The position numbers were made by a program, and so were the translations under genes. Shown here piece by piece: positions 10,518 through 19,998 of a stretch of DNA of 64,000 nt (positions within the stretch are counted from its first letter, which is position 1; the number at the start of each line of letters is the position of its first letter). Location of the stretch: contig JBEDUK010000027.1 of assembly GCA_040414485.1 (NCBI GenBank), forward strand, positions 9,208 to 73,207, given 5' to 3'. The notes under the pieces are model-generated. The model saw nothing but the letters and a program-made list of their open reading frames with translations. It had not been told where the DNA came from and did no database searches. This stretch comes from Actinomycetota bacterium. Its GTDB lineage: Bacteria > Actinomycetota > UBA4738.

Positions 10518-11822
10518 ATGGCCACGTCCGATGCCGGAGGCTCGCGCCGCCTGCTCGCCCTGCTTCCGCTCCTCCTCGCGGCACTGACGGTGGCCGCCAT
10601 CGCCACGCCCGCGTACGCGGCGCCGGGCGACCTCGACCCGTCGTTCGGCAACAGCGGAAAGGTCAAGACGTCGTTCACGCCCGGCTGGGACAGCGGGTTC
10701 GGCGTGGCGATCCAGAAGGACGGCAAGATTCTCGTGGCGGGCCAGACCGATGGCGACACGTTCGCCGTGGCGCGATATCTGAGCAACGGAAACCTGGATT
10801 CGGCATTCGGCAACGGAGGCCTCAGGACGGTGGCCGGCGTCGGCTCCGGCGACGCCGTGTATGCCACCGCGGTCGCGCTGCAGGGCGACGGCAAGATCCT
10901 GGTCGCGGGGCAGGGAGACGCAGGTGCAGTGCTGGTCCGACTGGAATCGAACGGCACGCTGGACGGCGGGTTCGGCAGCGGAGGCATCGCCTCGGCCGCG
11001 TTCCTCGAACACGGAGCGGGCGCGAACAGCGTCGCCGCGCAGAGCAACGGACGGATCGTGATCGCCGGCTACACCTACAACCAGGCACGGAAGGAATACT
11101 TCGCGATCGCCCGGTTCACCAGTTCCGGCCATCTGGACACCAGCTTCAGCTCGAACGGGATGCAGAGCATCGGATTCGCCTCGGGGGACTCCTGGGCCGG
11201 TTCCGTGCTGATCCAGCCGAGCGATCAGAAGGTCGTCGCGATCGGAACGGTGGAGAACACGGCGAAGGGAACCGCCGCCATCGGCATCCTGAGACTGAAC
11301 ACGGACGGCACGCTCGACCCGACCTTCAGCGGGAACGGCGCGGGAATCTACTCGGACGGCAGCGGCTTCGGCGAGGCCGGCGCGCTCACGAGCGGCGGGA
11401 GCATCATCGCCGCGGGATGGGGGGTCGTGAACGGCAACAGCGACTTCGCACTCATCGAAGTCGGGCCGCTCGGGAATCTGAACGGGAACTTCGGCACCGG
11501 TGGCAAGGTCTTGACGGACTTCGGCACCGACTACGACTACGGCAGCGCCGTCGCCCTGTCGTCCGACGGCAAGATCGTCGTGGCCGGCTCCACGTATCCG
11601 AGCAAGAAGCACTCCTACGACTTCGCGCTGGCCCGCTACCAGTCGAACGGCGCCCTCGACAAGACATTCGGCACGAAGGGTCGGGTCGTCACCTCGTTCG
11701 GCGCCGACGACTCCGGCAACGGCGTCGCGATCCAGAGCGACGGCAAGATCGTCGTTGCCGGGAACACTCAGAAGGACTCCAAGCACACGGCGAAGTTCGC
11801 GATCGCCCGGTACCTCGCCTGA
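10518..11822 (+). CDS. Secreted delta-60 repeat (beta-propeller) protein
   Basis: Signal peptide ending AYA-APGD. Repeated LD.SFG.gG and Q.DGKIvVAG units. GAAGGGAGG RBS before ATG 10518. Confidence 0.85.
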   Translation: MATSDAGGSRRLLALLPLLLAALTVAAIATPAYAAPGDLDPSFGNSGKVKTSFTPGWDSGFGVAIQKDGKILVAGQTDGDTFAVARYLSNGNLDSAFGNGGLRTVAGVGSGDAVYATAVALQGDGKILVAGQGDAGAVLVRLESNGTLDGGFGSGGIASAAFLEHGAGANSVAAQSNGRIVIAGYTYNQARKEYFAIARFTSSGHLDTSFSSNGMQSIGFASGDSWAGSVLIQPSDQKVVAIGTVENTAKGTAAIGILRLNTDGTLDPTFSGNGAGIYSDGSGFGEAGALTSGGSIIAAGWGVVNGNSDFALIEVGPLGNLNGNFGTGGKVLTDFGTDYDYGSAVALSSDGKIVVAGSTYPSKKHSYDFALARYQSNGALDKTFGTKGRVVTSFGADDSGNGVAIQSDGKIVVAGNTQKDSKHTAKFAIARYLA

Positions 11823-11856
11823 CGGCGCATCCGAGCCACTTCCGGCAGACGTTCGG

Positions 11857-12786
11857 TCAGACCTTCAGGAGCAGCGGCGCCGGGATCACTTCGAACGCCG
11901 CTGGCGTGGTTCCGAGCAACTCGCCGTCGGCCTCGATCGGCAGCGCCGGTTCGGCTTCGATCCCGACCCGCGCGGCGGACAGCTCGACGATGTCGGCGTC
12001 GGGGAGGTGCGTGCCCCGGTACACCTTCGGCGTGAACGTGAACGACTGGGACTTCGGACCCTTGAACGCCAGCACCTCGAACTCCCCGTCGTCCGGTACC
12101 GACTTCGGCGACACCTGCATCCCGCCGCCGAAGTACCGGCAGTTCGCCACGACCACGTTGTGGACGCGGCCGCCGAACGCACGACCGTCGACCTCCAGCC
12201 GGATCCGGGCGGGACGGAATCCGGGGAGCACCATCCAGAGCGCCGCCAGGTAGCGCGAACGCCCCGCCGACCGCGGGAGGCGAGCCGCGCGGTCGACCAC
12301 CGCAGCGCCGATCCCGGCCTCCGCGATGTTCGCGAAGAACGCCGTCGCCGGTTCATCCGCCGAATGGTCAACATACGTTACTTTCCCGATGTCGAGCGGC
12401 CTGGTCGCCTCGCCGGTCAGTCGTGCGCACGCCGCCACCGAATCGCCCGGAAGGTCGAAGGTCCGAACGAAGTCAGAACCCGATCCGGCCGCGATCACGC
12501 CCAGGACGGCGCCCTCCCGGCGTGGCCGCCCGTCGGGCGTCAGCATGCCGTTCACCACCTCGTGAATGGTCCCGTCGCCGCCGACGGCGACGATGAACCG
12601 CCCGCCCGCCTCCATCGCGGCCCGCGCCGCCCTCGTCGCGTCGCCGGCGCCGCGCGTGACGGCCATCCCGTAGGCCAGATCCGCGTCGCGAAGGGCGGCT
12701 TCGATCCGCGGCAATGCCGCCGCGACCCGGCCGCGGCCCGCCACCGGGTTCACGATCAGCGTCAACGGTCCGAACGAACTGGCCAT
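11857..12786 (-). CDS. Diacylglycerol-kinase family (YegS/Rv2252-like) lipid kinase
   Basis: IVNPVAG, AVGGDGTIHEVVNG, GSGSDF, NCRYFGGGM, EADGELLG. Confidence 0.9.
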   Translation of the reverse strand: MASSFGPLTLIVNPVAGRGRVAAALPRIEAALRDADLAYGMAVTRGAGDATRAARAAMEAGGRFIVAVGGDGTIHEVVNGMLTPDGRPRREGAVLGVIAAGSGSDFVRTFDLPGDSVAACARLTGEATRPLDIGKVTYVDHSADEPATAFFANIAEAGIGAAVVDRAARLPRSAGRSRYLAALWMVLPGFRPARIRLEVDGRAFGGRVHNVVVANCRYFGGGMQVSPKSVPDDGEFEVLAFKGPKSQSFTFTPKVYRGTHLPDADIVELSAARVGIEAEPALPIEADGELLGTTPAAFEVIPAPLLLKV

Positions 12787-12808
12787 CCCCCGCCCTCCGC
12801 GGCGGACT

Positions 12809-13849
12809 CTAGACGAGGATGCAGGCGGCCTCGTGCCCCGGCGCGGCGCCCTCGGGCACGTGCAACGCGGGGTCGATGCTCGGGCACCGCTCCACCGCCA
12901 CCGGGCATCTCGGGTGGAACCGGCAGCCCGACGGGATGCGGACCGCGTTCGGCGTCTCGCCTCGGAGGATCTCCGGCCGCGACCGGTCCCGCGGATCGCG
13001 CTTCGGCACCACCGAGAGCAGGGCACGCGTGTACGGATGCCGCGGGCTTCGAACGACCTCCTGCGCCGGACCCTCCTCGACGATCCGGCCCAGGTACATC
13101 ACCGCGATCCGGTCGGCGAAGTGCGCCGCCGTGGACAGGTCGTGGGTGATCATCAGGATTCCCATACCGCCGGTTCGGCGCAGACCGTCGAGCAGGCCGA
13201 GGATCTCCGCGCGGACCGAGACGTCGAGCATCGAGACCGGCTCGTCGGCCACCAGCAGCTGCGGCTCCAGCACGAGCGCTGCGGCGATCGCCACGCGCTG
13301 CCGCTGGCCGCCGGACAGTTCGTGCGGGAACCGGTCGACGAACAGATCGGCGGGCGCGAGGCCGGCCCGCTCGAGCGCCTCCACGACGCGCAGCCGCCGT
13401 TCGTTCGCGGAGCCGAGCCCGTGGACCAGCAGCGGCTCCTCGACCGTCTGCAGCACGCGGAACCTCGGATCGAGCGAGTCGTAGGGGTCCTGGTAGATCA
13501 GCTGCATCGAACGCCGCAGCGGCCGGAGGTCGGCGGCTCGAAGGCCGGTCACCTCGCGCCCCTGGAACCGGATCACACCCGAATCTGGTTCGACCAGCCG
13601 CATGACCGCCTGCGCCGTGGTCGTCTTTCCGCAGCCGGACTCTCCGACCAGCGCCACCATCTCGCCGGCGCGGAGCGAGAACGACACACCGTCCACCGCG
13701 CGAGCCATCAGGCGCGGCGCCCGCCTGGCGGCGCCGACGATCCCTCGGGGGATCGGGTACGTGACGACCAGGTCCTCGACCTCGAGCAGCGGTGCCGGCC
13801 CGGCGTCGGCGGGCCGGCCGCCCGACTCGAGCGCGTCCCGAACGCTCAC
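12809..13849 (-). CDS. Oligopeptide/dipeptide ABC transporter ATPase (DppF-like)
   Basis: GESGCGKTT, LSGGQRQR, VADEP, C-terminal GCRFHPRC. GTG overlaps the upstream stop (GTGA). Confidence 0.92.
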   Translation of the reverse strand: MSVRDALESGGRPADAGPAPLLEVEDLVVTYPIPRGIVGAARRAPRLMARAVDGVSFSLRAGEMVALVGESGCGKTTTAQAVMRLVEPDSGVIRFQGREVTGLRAADLRPLRRSMQLIYQDPYDSLDPRFRVLQTVEEPLLVHGLGSANERRLRVVEALERAGLAPADLFVDRFPHELSGGQRQRVAIAAALVLEPQLLVADEPVSMLDVSVRAEILGLLDGLRRTGGMGILMITHDLSTAAHFADRIAVMYLGRIVEEGPAQEVVRSPRHPYTRALLSVVPKRDPRDRSRPEILRGETPNAVRIPSGCRFHPRCPVAVERCPSIDPALHVPEGAAPGHEAACILV

Positions 13850-14823
13850 GAGGCGCTCCGGACCGATGGATCGTTCAGATGACAGCGGGCGAGGTGCGCC
13901 GGCCCGACCGCGAGGGTCTCCGGCGTCACGACCCGGCACGGGTCGAAGGCGGAGTCGCACCGGGGGGCGAACGGGCACCCGACGATCTCGCGGTCAAGGC
14001 GCGGAGGCGTGCCCGGGATCGAAACCACGTCGCCCCGCCCGTACAGGTCGGGCGCCGCCCCGAAGAGCATCCGCGTGTACGGATGACGGGGATCGTGAAA
14101 GAGCGTCTCCATCGCACCCGCCTCGGCGACCGTGCCGGCGTACATCACGGCGGCCCGTTCGCAGACCTGGGCCACGATCAGCAGGTCGTGGGTGACCAAC
14201 AGCAGCGACAGGTCGAGCTCGGCCGTCAATCCGACGAGCAGTTCCAGCACCTGTGCCTGGATCATCACGTCGAGCGCGGTGGTCGGTTCGTCCGCGAGCA
14301 GCACCTTCGGGTTGCACGCGAGCGCCATCGCGATGGCCGCGCGCTGCCGCATGCCGCCGGAGAACTCGTGCGGATACGAGCGCGCCCGCGCCGCCGGGAT
14401 GCCGACCAGTTCCAGGAGCTCGCGGGCACGGCGTTCGGCTGCCTTGCCTTCGGCAACCTCGTGCAGCTCCATCGGCTCGACGATCTGGTCCACGATGCGC
14501 CGGACGGGATTGAACGCGTTCATGGCGCCCTGGAACACCATGGCCACGTCGCGCCACCGGTGCTGTCGCATGCTCTCCTCGCCGCCGGCGAGGATCTCCC
14601 GGCCGCCCAGGACGATGCTTCCTGCGACCGACGCCGATGGGGGCAGGAGGCCCATGAGGGCGAGGATCGCCGTCGTCTTTCCGCACCCCGATTCCCCGAT
14701 CAGGCCCATCCGTTCGCCCGCGCCGAGGTCGAACCCGATCCCCTGAACCGCGTGGAGCGAACGGCCACCCTGAAGGTCGAACCACACGTGCAGGTCGCGG
14801 ACCTGGAGGTACGGCTCGATCAA
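13846..14823 (-). CDS. Oligopeptide/dipeptide ABC transporter ATPase (DppD-like)
   Basis: GESGCGKTT, FSGGMRQR, LADEPTTALD, GCPFAPRC. TTG start overlaps the permease stop (TTGA). Confidence 0.9.
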   Translation of the reverse strand: MIEPYLQVRDLHVWFDLQGGRSLHAVQGIGFDLGAGERMGLIGESGCGKTTAILALMGLLPPSASVAGSIVLGGREILAGGEESMRQHRWRDVAMVFQGAMNAFNPVRRIVDQIVEPMELHEVAEGKAAERRARELLELVGIPAARARSYPHEFSGGMRQRAAIAMALACNPKVLLADEPTTALDVMIQAQVLELLVGLTAELDLSLLLVTHDLLIVAQVCERAAVMYAGTVAEAGAMETLFHDPRHPYTRMLFGAAPDLYGRGDVVSIPGTPPRLDREIVGCPFAPRCDSAFDPCRVVTPETLAVGPAHLARCHLNDPSVRSAS

Positions 14824-15863
14824 GGCGCCGCCTTCTCGCGCTTCGACCCCTTCGACCCCTTCGACGCCTTCGACGCCTCGGCGTGAATCGCAGCGTCCCT
14901 GGCGGCGCGGTCTCCAAGCGGCGCCGGCAGGACCCGGAACCGGCGCACCGAAACGTGCCCGACGCGCAGCCGTGGGTTCAGCGCATCCTCCATCGACTGC
15001 CCGAGCATCGTGCAGGCCAGCACCACGAGCGCCACGCACACGCCCGGCGGGACGATCGCCCACCAGGCGCCGTTCAGGACGGCGTCGCCCCTGAACGCGT
15101 TCTCGATCAGCTTGCCCCATGAGATGAGGCTCGGGTCGCCCAGGCCGAGGAACGTGATGTACGTCTCGGCGAAGATCGCGATCGCCACCATCAGGACCGT
15201 GTTGGCGATGATGAGCGGCGTCACCTGCGGGAGGATGTGGCGCCAGATCAGCCGGTTGTTCCCGGCCCCCACCGCGCGCACCCGTTTGACGTACGTTCGC
15301 TCCCGGACGCTCTTGGCCTGCGCGCGAACCAGCCGGGCGGTGCTCGTCCAGTAGATGATCCCGATGATCAGGATGATGTTTCCCAGCCGCCGCCCGAACA
15401 GGGCGGCGATCACGATCATCAGCGGGATGTCGGGGATCACCAGCACGTAGTCGGTGATCCGCATCAGCACGTTGTCGGTCCGGCCGCCGAAGAAGCCCGA
15501 GGCCAGGCCCACCGTGCCGCCGATGATCATCGCCACGAAGGCCGCCGCGAACCCGACGATCAACGAGACGCGCGACCCGGCGATGATCAGCGAGAGCATG
15601 TCGGCGCCCGAGTCGTCGGTACCGAGCCAATGGGCCGCCGAGGGCGGCTCGAACACCGCGCCGGTCTTCGCCCGCGGGTCGTACGGCTCGAGCCACGGCG
15701 CGAAGATGGCGATGAGGACGAACGCGACCAGGACGCAGAGCCCCACGATGGTGGCCGGCTTCCGCAGCGCGGGCGAACGAAGGAACCGGAACCGCGACCG
15801 GGTCGTCACGGTCTCGTGAAGCGCCGCGTCCTCCGCGAGCGCGGTGGGAGGGGTCCCGCTCAC
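14820..15863 (-). CDS. Oligopeptide ABC permease (DppC-like)
   Basis: HWLGTD, GSRVSL, hydrophobic helices, RHILP, ITFLGLG, SWG. Confidence 0.92.
   Translation of the reverse strand: MSGTPPTALAEDAALHETVTTRSRFRFLRSPALRKPATIVGLCVLVAFVLIAIFAPWLEPYDPRAKTGAVFEPPSAAHWLGTDDSGADMLSLIIAGSRVSLIVGFAAAFVAMIIGGTVGLASGFFGGRTDNVLMRITDYVLVIPDIPLMIVIAALFGRRLGNIILIIGIIYWTSTARLVRAQAKSVRERTYVKRVRAVGAGNNRLIWRHILPQVTPLIIANTVLMVAIAIFAETYITFLGLGDPSLISWGKLIENAFRGDAVLNGAWWAIVPPGVCVALVVLACTMLGQSMEDALNPRLRVGHVSVRRFRVLPAPLGDRAARDAAIHAEASKASKGSKGSKREKAAP
14842..14877. repeat. 9-bp tandem repeat x4 in the permease tail
   Basis: ttcgacccc ttcgacccc ttcgacgcc ttcgacgcc, encoding the ASK/GSK repeat (ASKASKGSKGSK). Confidence 0.85.
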
Positions 15864-15891
15864 GGGTTCACCCCCCGGCTCGTCGCGCGGT

Positions 15892-16866
15892 TCATTCCTC
15901 CACCACCCGCGGGTCGAGCTTCACGTAGAGCAGGTCCGCGATCAGGTTGAAGAAGATCACCGACAGGGTGAGCAGCAGGAAGATCGCCTGGAGCGTCGGC
16001 CAGTCACGCTGATCGATCGCCTCCACGGTGGCCAGCCCGATCCCCGGATACGAGAACACGTACTCGATCGTGATGGCCCCGCCGATGATGAAGCCGAGCG
16101 AGAGCGCCACCAGCGTCACGATCGGCAGGAGCGCGTTTCGGAACCCATGGGTGCGCACGATGGTGAGCGTCTTCAGACCCTTGGCGCGCGCCGTGAGGAT
16201 GTAGTCCTCACCGAGCGTCTCGAGCATCGCCGAGCGAACGATCAGCGCGTATTCGCCGTACAGCACCAGCCCGAGCGTCAGCGCGGGCAGCACCATGTGC
16301 TTGAGGCGGTCGGCCGCGACGGTGGCGAACGACGGCGTGGTCAGCACGCCGAGCGTCGGGTCCTTGATCCCGGAGGTGGGGAGCCCCACGGCGGAGGCCA
16401 CGAACAGCACCATCAGCAGGCCGAGCCATTGCGTCGGCATCGAATAGAACCCCAGCGCCGTGTACAGGCCGGCCTTGTCCGTGAAGGTGTCGCGGCGCCA
16501 CGCGGAGAGCACCCCGACGATGATGCCGAACACGATCGAGAACAGCGTGCCGAGGGCGATCATGGGCACGGTGTTCCAGATGTCCGGCCACAGTTCGGTC
16601 AATACCGACTGCTGCGTGCGCAGCGAGCGCCCCATGTCGCCGTGCAGCAGGTTCCCGATGTACAGCAGGTACTGCTGATACAGCGGCCTGTCCAGGCCGA
16701 GCTCACGGCGTTCGATCTCCTTGAACTGCACCGTGCACTGCCGGCATCGCAGGGCCGAGACGGCGTCGCCGGGAACGGCGCGGAACAGCACGAAGTTGAG
16801 GGTGACCGCGATGAAGACCGTGACGATCGCGAACGCGATCCGTTTGATGATGTAGTCGGCCTTCAC
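15892..16866 (-). CDS. Oligopeptide ABC permease (DppB-like)
   Basis: LGLDRPLYQQY, GDMGRSL, HMVLPALTL, EDYILTARAKG, LLYVKLDPRV. Confidence 0.93.
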   Translation of the reverse strand: MKADYIIKRIAFAIVTVFIAVTLNFVLFRAVPGDAVSALRCRQCTVQFKEIERRELGLDRPLYQQYLLYIGNLLHGDMGRSLRTQQSVLTELWPDIWNTVPMIALGTLFSIVFGIIVGVLSAWRRDTFTDKAGLYTALGFYSMPTQWLGLLMVLFVASAVGLPTSGIKDPTLGVLTTPSFATVAADRLKHMVLPALTLGLVLYGEYALIVRSAMLETLGEDYILTARAKGLKTLTIVRTHGFRNALLPIVTLVALSLGFIIGGAITIEYVFSYPGIGLATVEAIDQRDWPTLQAIFLLLTLSVIFFNLIADLLYVKLDPRVVEE

Positions 16867-16918
16867 CGCCCGACTCCGCTCCTCCCGTCCGGTCGGTCAC
16901 CCACCCGGCCGCTCACGT

Positions 16919-18682
16919 TCATCCGGTCTGGTGCGGGCCCGTGTAGAAGACCTTCGAATAGGCGCTGAGATTCGAGTCGATGTTCGTCCACAGCTTCGTG
17001 TGCGCGTCGAGCAGTTCCTCGTTGACCAGCTGCGTGTAGCAGAACTGGTCGTAGACCATCTGCTGCATCCGGTTGACGAGGTCCTGCCGCGCGGTCGCGT
17101 CCGGGGTGGCGCCCTGCTGCTTGTAGAGCTGGTCGTACTGCGGGTTGTCCCAGCCGGTGTCGCTCCAGGAGCACCACTGCGCCTTCGTCACGACCGAGAG
17201 CATGAAGTCCGGGTCGACGTAGCCGGCCCAGTCCCACATGGCGATGTCGAACTTCGAATACCCCGTCGACGTCGAGGGGTCGCAGTTGTCGTCCGTCTCC
17301 AGCGCGTAGGTCGCGGTCGAGTCGCCCCCCACCTTCTGTGTGACCTGGACGCCCGCGGCGGCGAACCCGTCCCTGACGATCTCGAACTCCCGATCGACGT
17401 TGAAGTCGGTCGAGGTCGGCGTCAGGATCTCGTACTTCATCGGGTGCGCCGGCTGGGCGTACTGGCCGGTGGTGGCCGGAACCATCCGGATGTCGTCGGA
17501 GCCCTTCGTGTAGCCGAGCTGGTCGAGCATCGCGTTGCCTGCCGCGCAGTCGTACTGCAGCGGCCCGAGGTTCTTGTTCTCCATCGGCGAGATGTGCCCG
17601 ACGATGCTCTCGACCGTGTCCGCGTAGCCGCTGAAGACCACGTCGATGATGCGCTGGCGGTCGATGCACATCGACAGGGCCTTCTTGACGCGGGGATCGA
17701 GCAGCTCGCGATTCTGGAGCTTGCGAGGGTTCGAATTCCACGTCACGTTCGTCGTCTCCGAGCCCGCGATCTTGTCGATGATCAGGCTCGTGTCCTTCTC
17801 GACGGCCTTGACGGCGTCGAACGGCACCTGGTCGACGAAGTCCAGCTGGCCGTGCTCCAGGTCTGCCAGCATGGAGTCGGCGTTGGTGTAGTAGGTGAGC
17901 GTGACCGCCTGGGCGTGGGACTTCGGGCCGTAGAAGTTTGGCAGCGGGATGAAGACCGTGGTGCCCTTCTTGACATACGTCTTGATGTTGTAGGCGCCCC
18001 CGGCCACCATCGGCAGGTGCTGCTCGGGGTGGAACGTCTTGAGCCCCTTGCCGTTGCCCGCCGCGAGCGGCGCCCACGCGTGCTCCGGCAGGATGAACAG
18101 CTGCTCCAGCTGGGCGAGCGCGTTGCCGACCGGCGCGTCGTAGGTGATGACGAGCGTGTTCGGGTCGCTCGCAACGGCGCTCTTGACGTGGCCAAGGGCG
18201 GGCGCCATCTCGGCCGTCGGTCCATTCTGGAACTTGAGCGTCGTCGCGATCGTCCAGGCAGCGTCGTCGGCGGTGATCGGCTTCCCGTCCGACCACGTCG
18301 CGCCCGCGATCAGGTGGAAGGTGTAGACCTTGCCGTCGGGTGAGACGTCCCAGGATTTCGCCCAGTCGCCTTCGATCTGGAACCCGTCCGCCTTGCTGTA
18401 CTTGTACTGGACCAGCTGCGGGTAGACCATGATCATGGCGTTCGTCGCCTGGCTCTCGATGTAGTTGTACGGGTTCAGGGAGTCGATGTAGTCGATCGTC
18501 CCCACTCGGAAGATCCCGCCCTCCTTGACCGGCGCGGACGACGACGAGCCGGGGGTCGAGTTCGCGCCCGAGGGAGGCGACGCCTGGCCGCCGCTCTTGC
18601 ACGCGGCCCCCAGGAGGGCGACGGCTGTGAGGACGCCGAGCGCCTTCGCCCATCGAACGCTTCGATCCGAACGGTGTTCCAT
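16919..18682 (-). CDS. ABC substrate-binding lipoprotein, family 5
   Basis: Lipobox LGAAC, SLNPY, WDVSPDGKVYTFHL, TWSDGKPITADD. Confidence 0.92.
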   Translation of the reverse strand: MEHRSDRSVRWAKALGVLTAVALLGAACKSGGQASPPSGANSTPGSSSSAPVKEGGIFRVGTIDYIDSLNPYNYIESQATNAMIMVYPQLVQYKYSKADGFQIEGDWAKSWDVSPDGKVYTFHLIAGATWSDGKPITADDAAWTIATTLKFQNGPTAEMAPALGHVKSAVASDPNTLVITYDAPVGNALAQLEQLFILPEHAWAPLAAGNGKGLKTFHPEQHLPMVAGGAYNIKTYVKKGTTVFIPLPNFYGPKSHAQAVTLTYYTNADSMLADLEHGQLDFVDQVPFDAVKAVEKDTSLIIDKIAGSETTNVTWNSNPRKLQNRELLDPRVKKALSMCIDRQRIIDVVFSGYADTVESIVGHISPMENKNLGPLQYDCAAGNAMLDQLGYTKGSDDIRMVPATTGQYAQPAHPMKYEILTPTSTDFNVDREFEIVRDGFAAAGVQVTQKVGGDSTATYALETDDNCDPSTSTGYSKFDIAMWDWAGYVDPDFMLSVVTKAQWCSWSDTGWDNPQYDQLYKQQGATPDATARQDLVNRMQQMVYDQFCYTQLVNEELLDAHTKLWTNIDSNLSAYSKVFYTGPHQTG

Positions 18683-18734
18683 AGATCGCCCCCGGTTTCG
18701 TCAACGAGCCGACCCGAACGGCTCGCGTCGCCTC

Positions 18735-18763
18735 ATCCTGAACGGCGGTTCAGGGTTTGTCAT
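18735..18763 (-). promoter_or_regulatory. Putative promoter of the peptide ABC operon overlapped by a 7-bp inverted repeat
   Basis: ATGACA-N17-CAGGAT on the minus strand; CCTGAAC-ggcg-GTTCAGG at 18737-18754. Confidence 0.5.
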
Positions 18764-18819
18764 CTTCGGTGTACGGCAGCGGAGCGCTTCCGGGTGGCCT
18801 CGTCGTGGCGCGGATCGGA

Positions 18820-19998
18820 TCAGATCAGGAACGAGCGCGGGCTGTCCGGGTCCGTGAGCGCGGGCCGATCCGGTTCGAACCCGCCGATCTCATGGCGCGT
18901 CCGGCCGTCCACGGCCAGGTCCGCCAGGATGCTGCCGAACAACGACGCGAACTTGAAACCGTGCGCGGCTCCCAGGCCGACCAGCACGTTCGGATGCCCG
19001 GGCACCGCGCCGATCACGAAGTCGCGGTCGGGCGGCATGGTGTACAGGCACGTCTTGACGAGCAACTCGGGGCCGCGCGCGCTCGGAAGGTGCTCGTCGA
19101 CGAACGACCGCACGCGCGCGAGGGCGTCCGGGTCCGGGTCGAACGTCCTCGTGGCGGGCGTGACCTCGCGGCCTCCGACGTCCTGCGCGACCTTCGGCCC
19201 GGGCTCCCCGAACGCCGGGAACCCGTAGAACGACGGATCGTCCATCCAGATCCAGACCGGGAACCGTTCGGGCGCGAACGCGTCGGGGTTCGGCGCGTCG
19301 AAGTACACGACCTGCTCCAGCGTGATCGTCAGCGGAAGGGTGACGCCGAAAGGACCGAGGAGGTCGTTCGTCCATGCATCGGCCGCGAGGATCACGGTCC
19401 CGCACCTGACCGGGGTGCCGTCTTCGACGTGGACCTCGAGCTCTCCGTCGGCGTCGCGGATCCGGGTGACGCGGCTGTTGCCGCGAAGTTCCGCGCCGTG
19501 GTCTTCGGCGAGACGGCGGTGCGCGTTGTTGCACCTGGACGCCGGTGCGATGCCCGTATCCGATTGGTAAAGTACCCTTACCGATTCGTCGAGCCGCCAC
19601 TGGGGCCACCGGCGCATCGCCTCGGCCGCGTCCAGTTCGTCGAACGGAACCTCGGCCGCACGCATGCTCTCCCGGTAGTCGTCGATGGGTATCGCCGCGC
19701 CCGCGGGGAACAGATCAAGGCCGCCGGTCCGAACGATCAGGGGTTCACCGAGATCGTCTTCGACCTCCGACCAGGCGCGGTACGCCTCGCCGGCCAGCCG
19801 CACGTACCGCGGCGTGTGATACGAGCGGCGGATGATGCGCGAATGGTCCTCGGAGGCGCCGTTGGAATGGCCGATCTCGAACTGCTCCAGGCCGAGCACT
19901 CCGCCCGTTCCGCCGGTGCGACGGGCCAGCCGGTACGCGGCCGCGCTCCCGATCCCTCCCAGTCCGACGACGACGTGGTCGAACTCCGCGCGGGTCAC
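18820..19998 (-). CDS. Monomeric sarcosine / N-methyl-amino-acid oxidase family flavoenzyme (SolA-like)
   Basis: VVVGLGGIG, SRIIRRSY, KTCLYT (covalent-FAD Cys position), HGFKFAS. GTG overlaps the upstream stop. Confidence 0.88.
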   Translation of the reverse strand: MTRAEFDHVVVGLGGIGSAAAYRLARRTGGTGGVLGLEQFEIGHSNGASEDHSRIIRRSYHTPRYVRLAGEAYRAWSEVEDDLGEPLIVRTGGLDLFPAGAAIPIDDYRESMRAAEVPFDELDAAEAMRRWPQWRLDESVRVLYQSDTGIAPASRCNNAHRRLAEDHGAELRGNSRVTRIRDADGELEVHVEDGTPVRCGTVILAADAWTNDLLGPFGVTLPLTITLEQVVYFDAPNPDAFAPERFPVWIWMDDPSFYGFPAFGEPGPKVAQDVGGREVTPATRTFDPDPDALARVRSFVDEHLPSARGPELLVKTCLYTMPPDRDFVIGAVPGHPNVLVGLGAAHGFKFASLFGSILADLAVDGRTRHEIGGFEPDRPALTDPDSPRSFLI

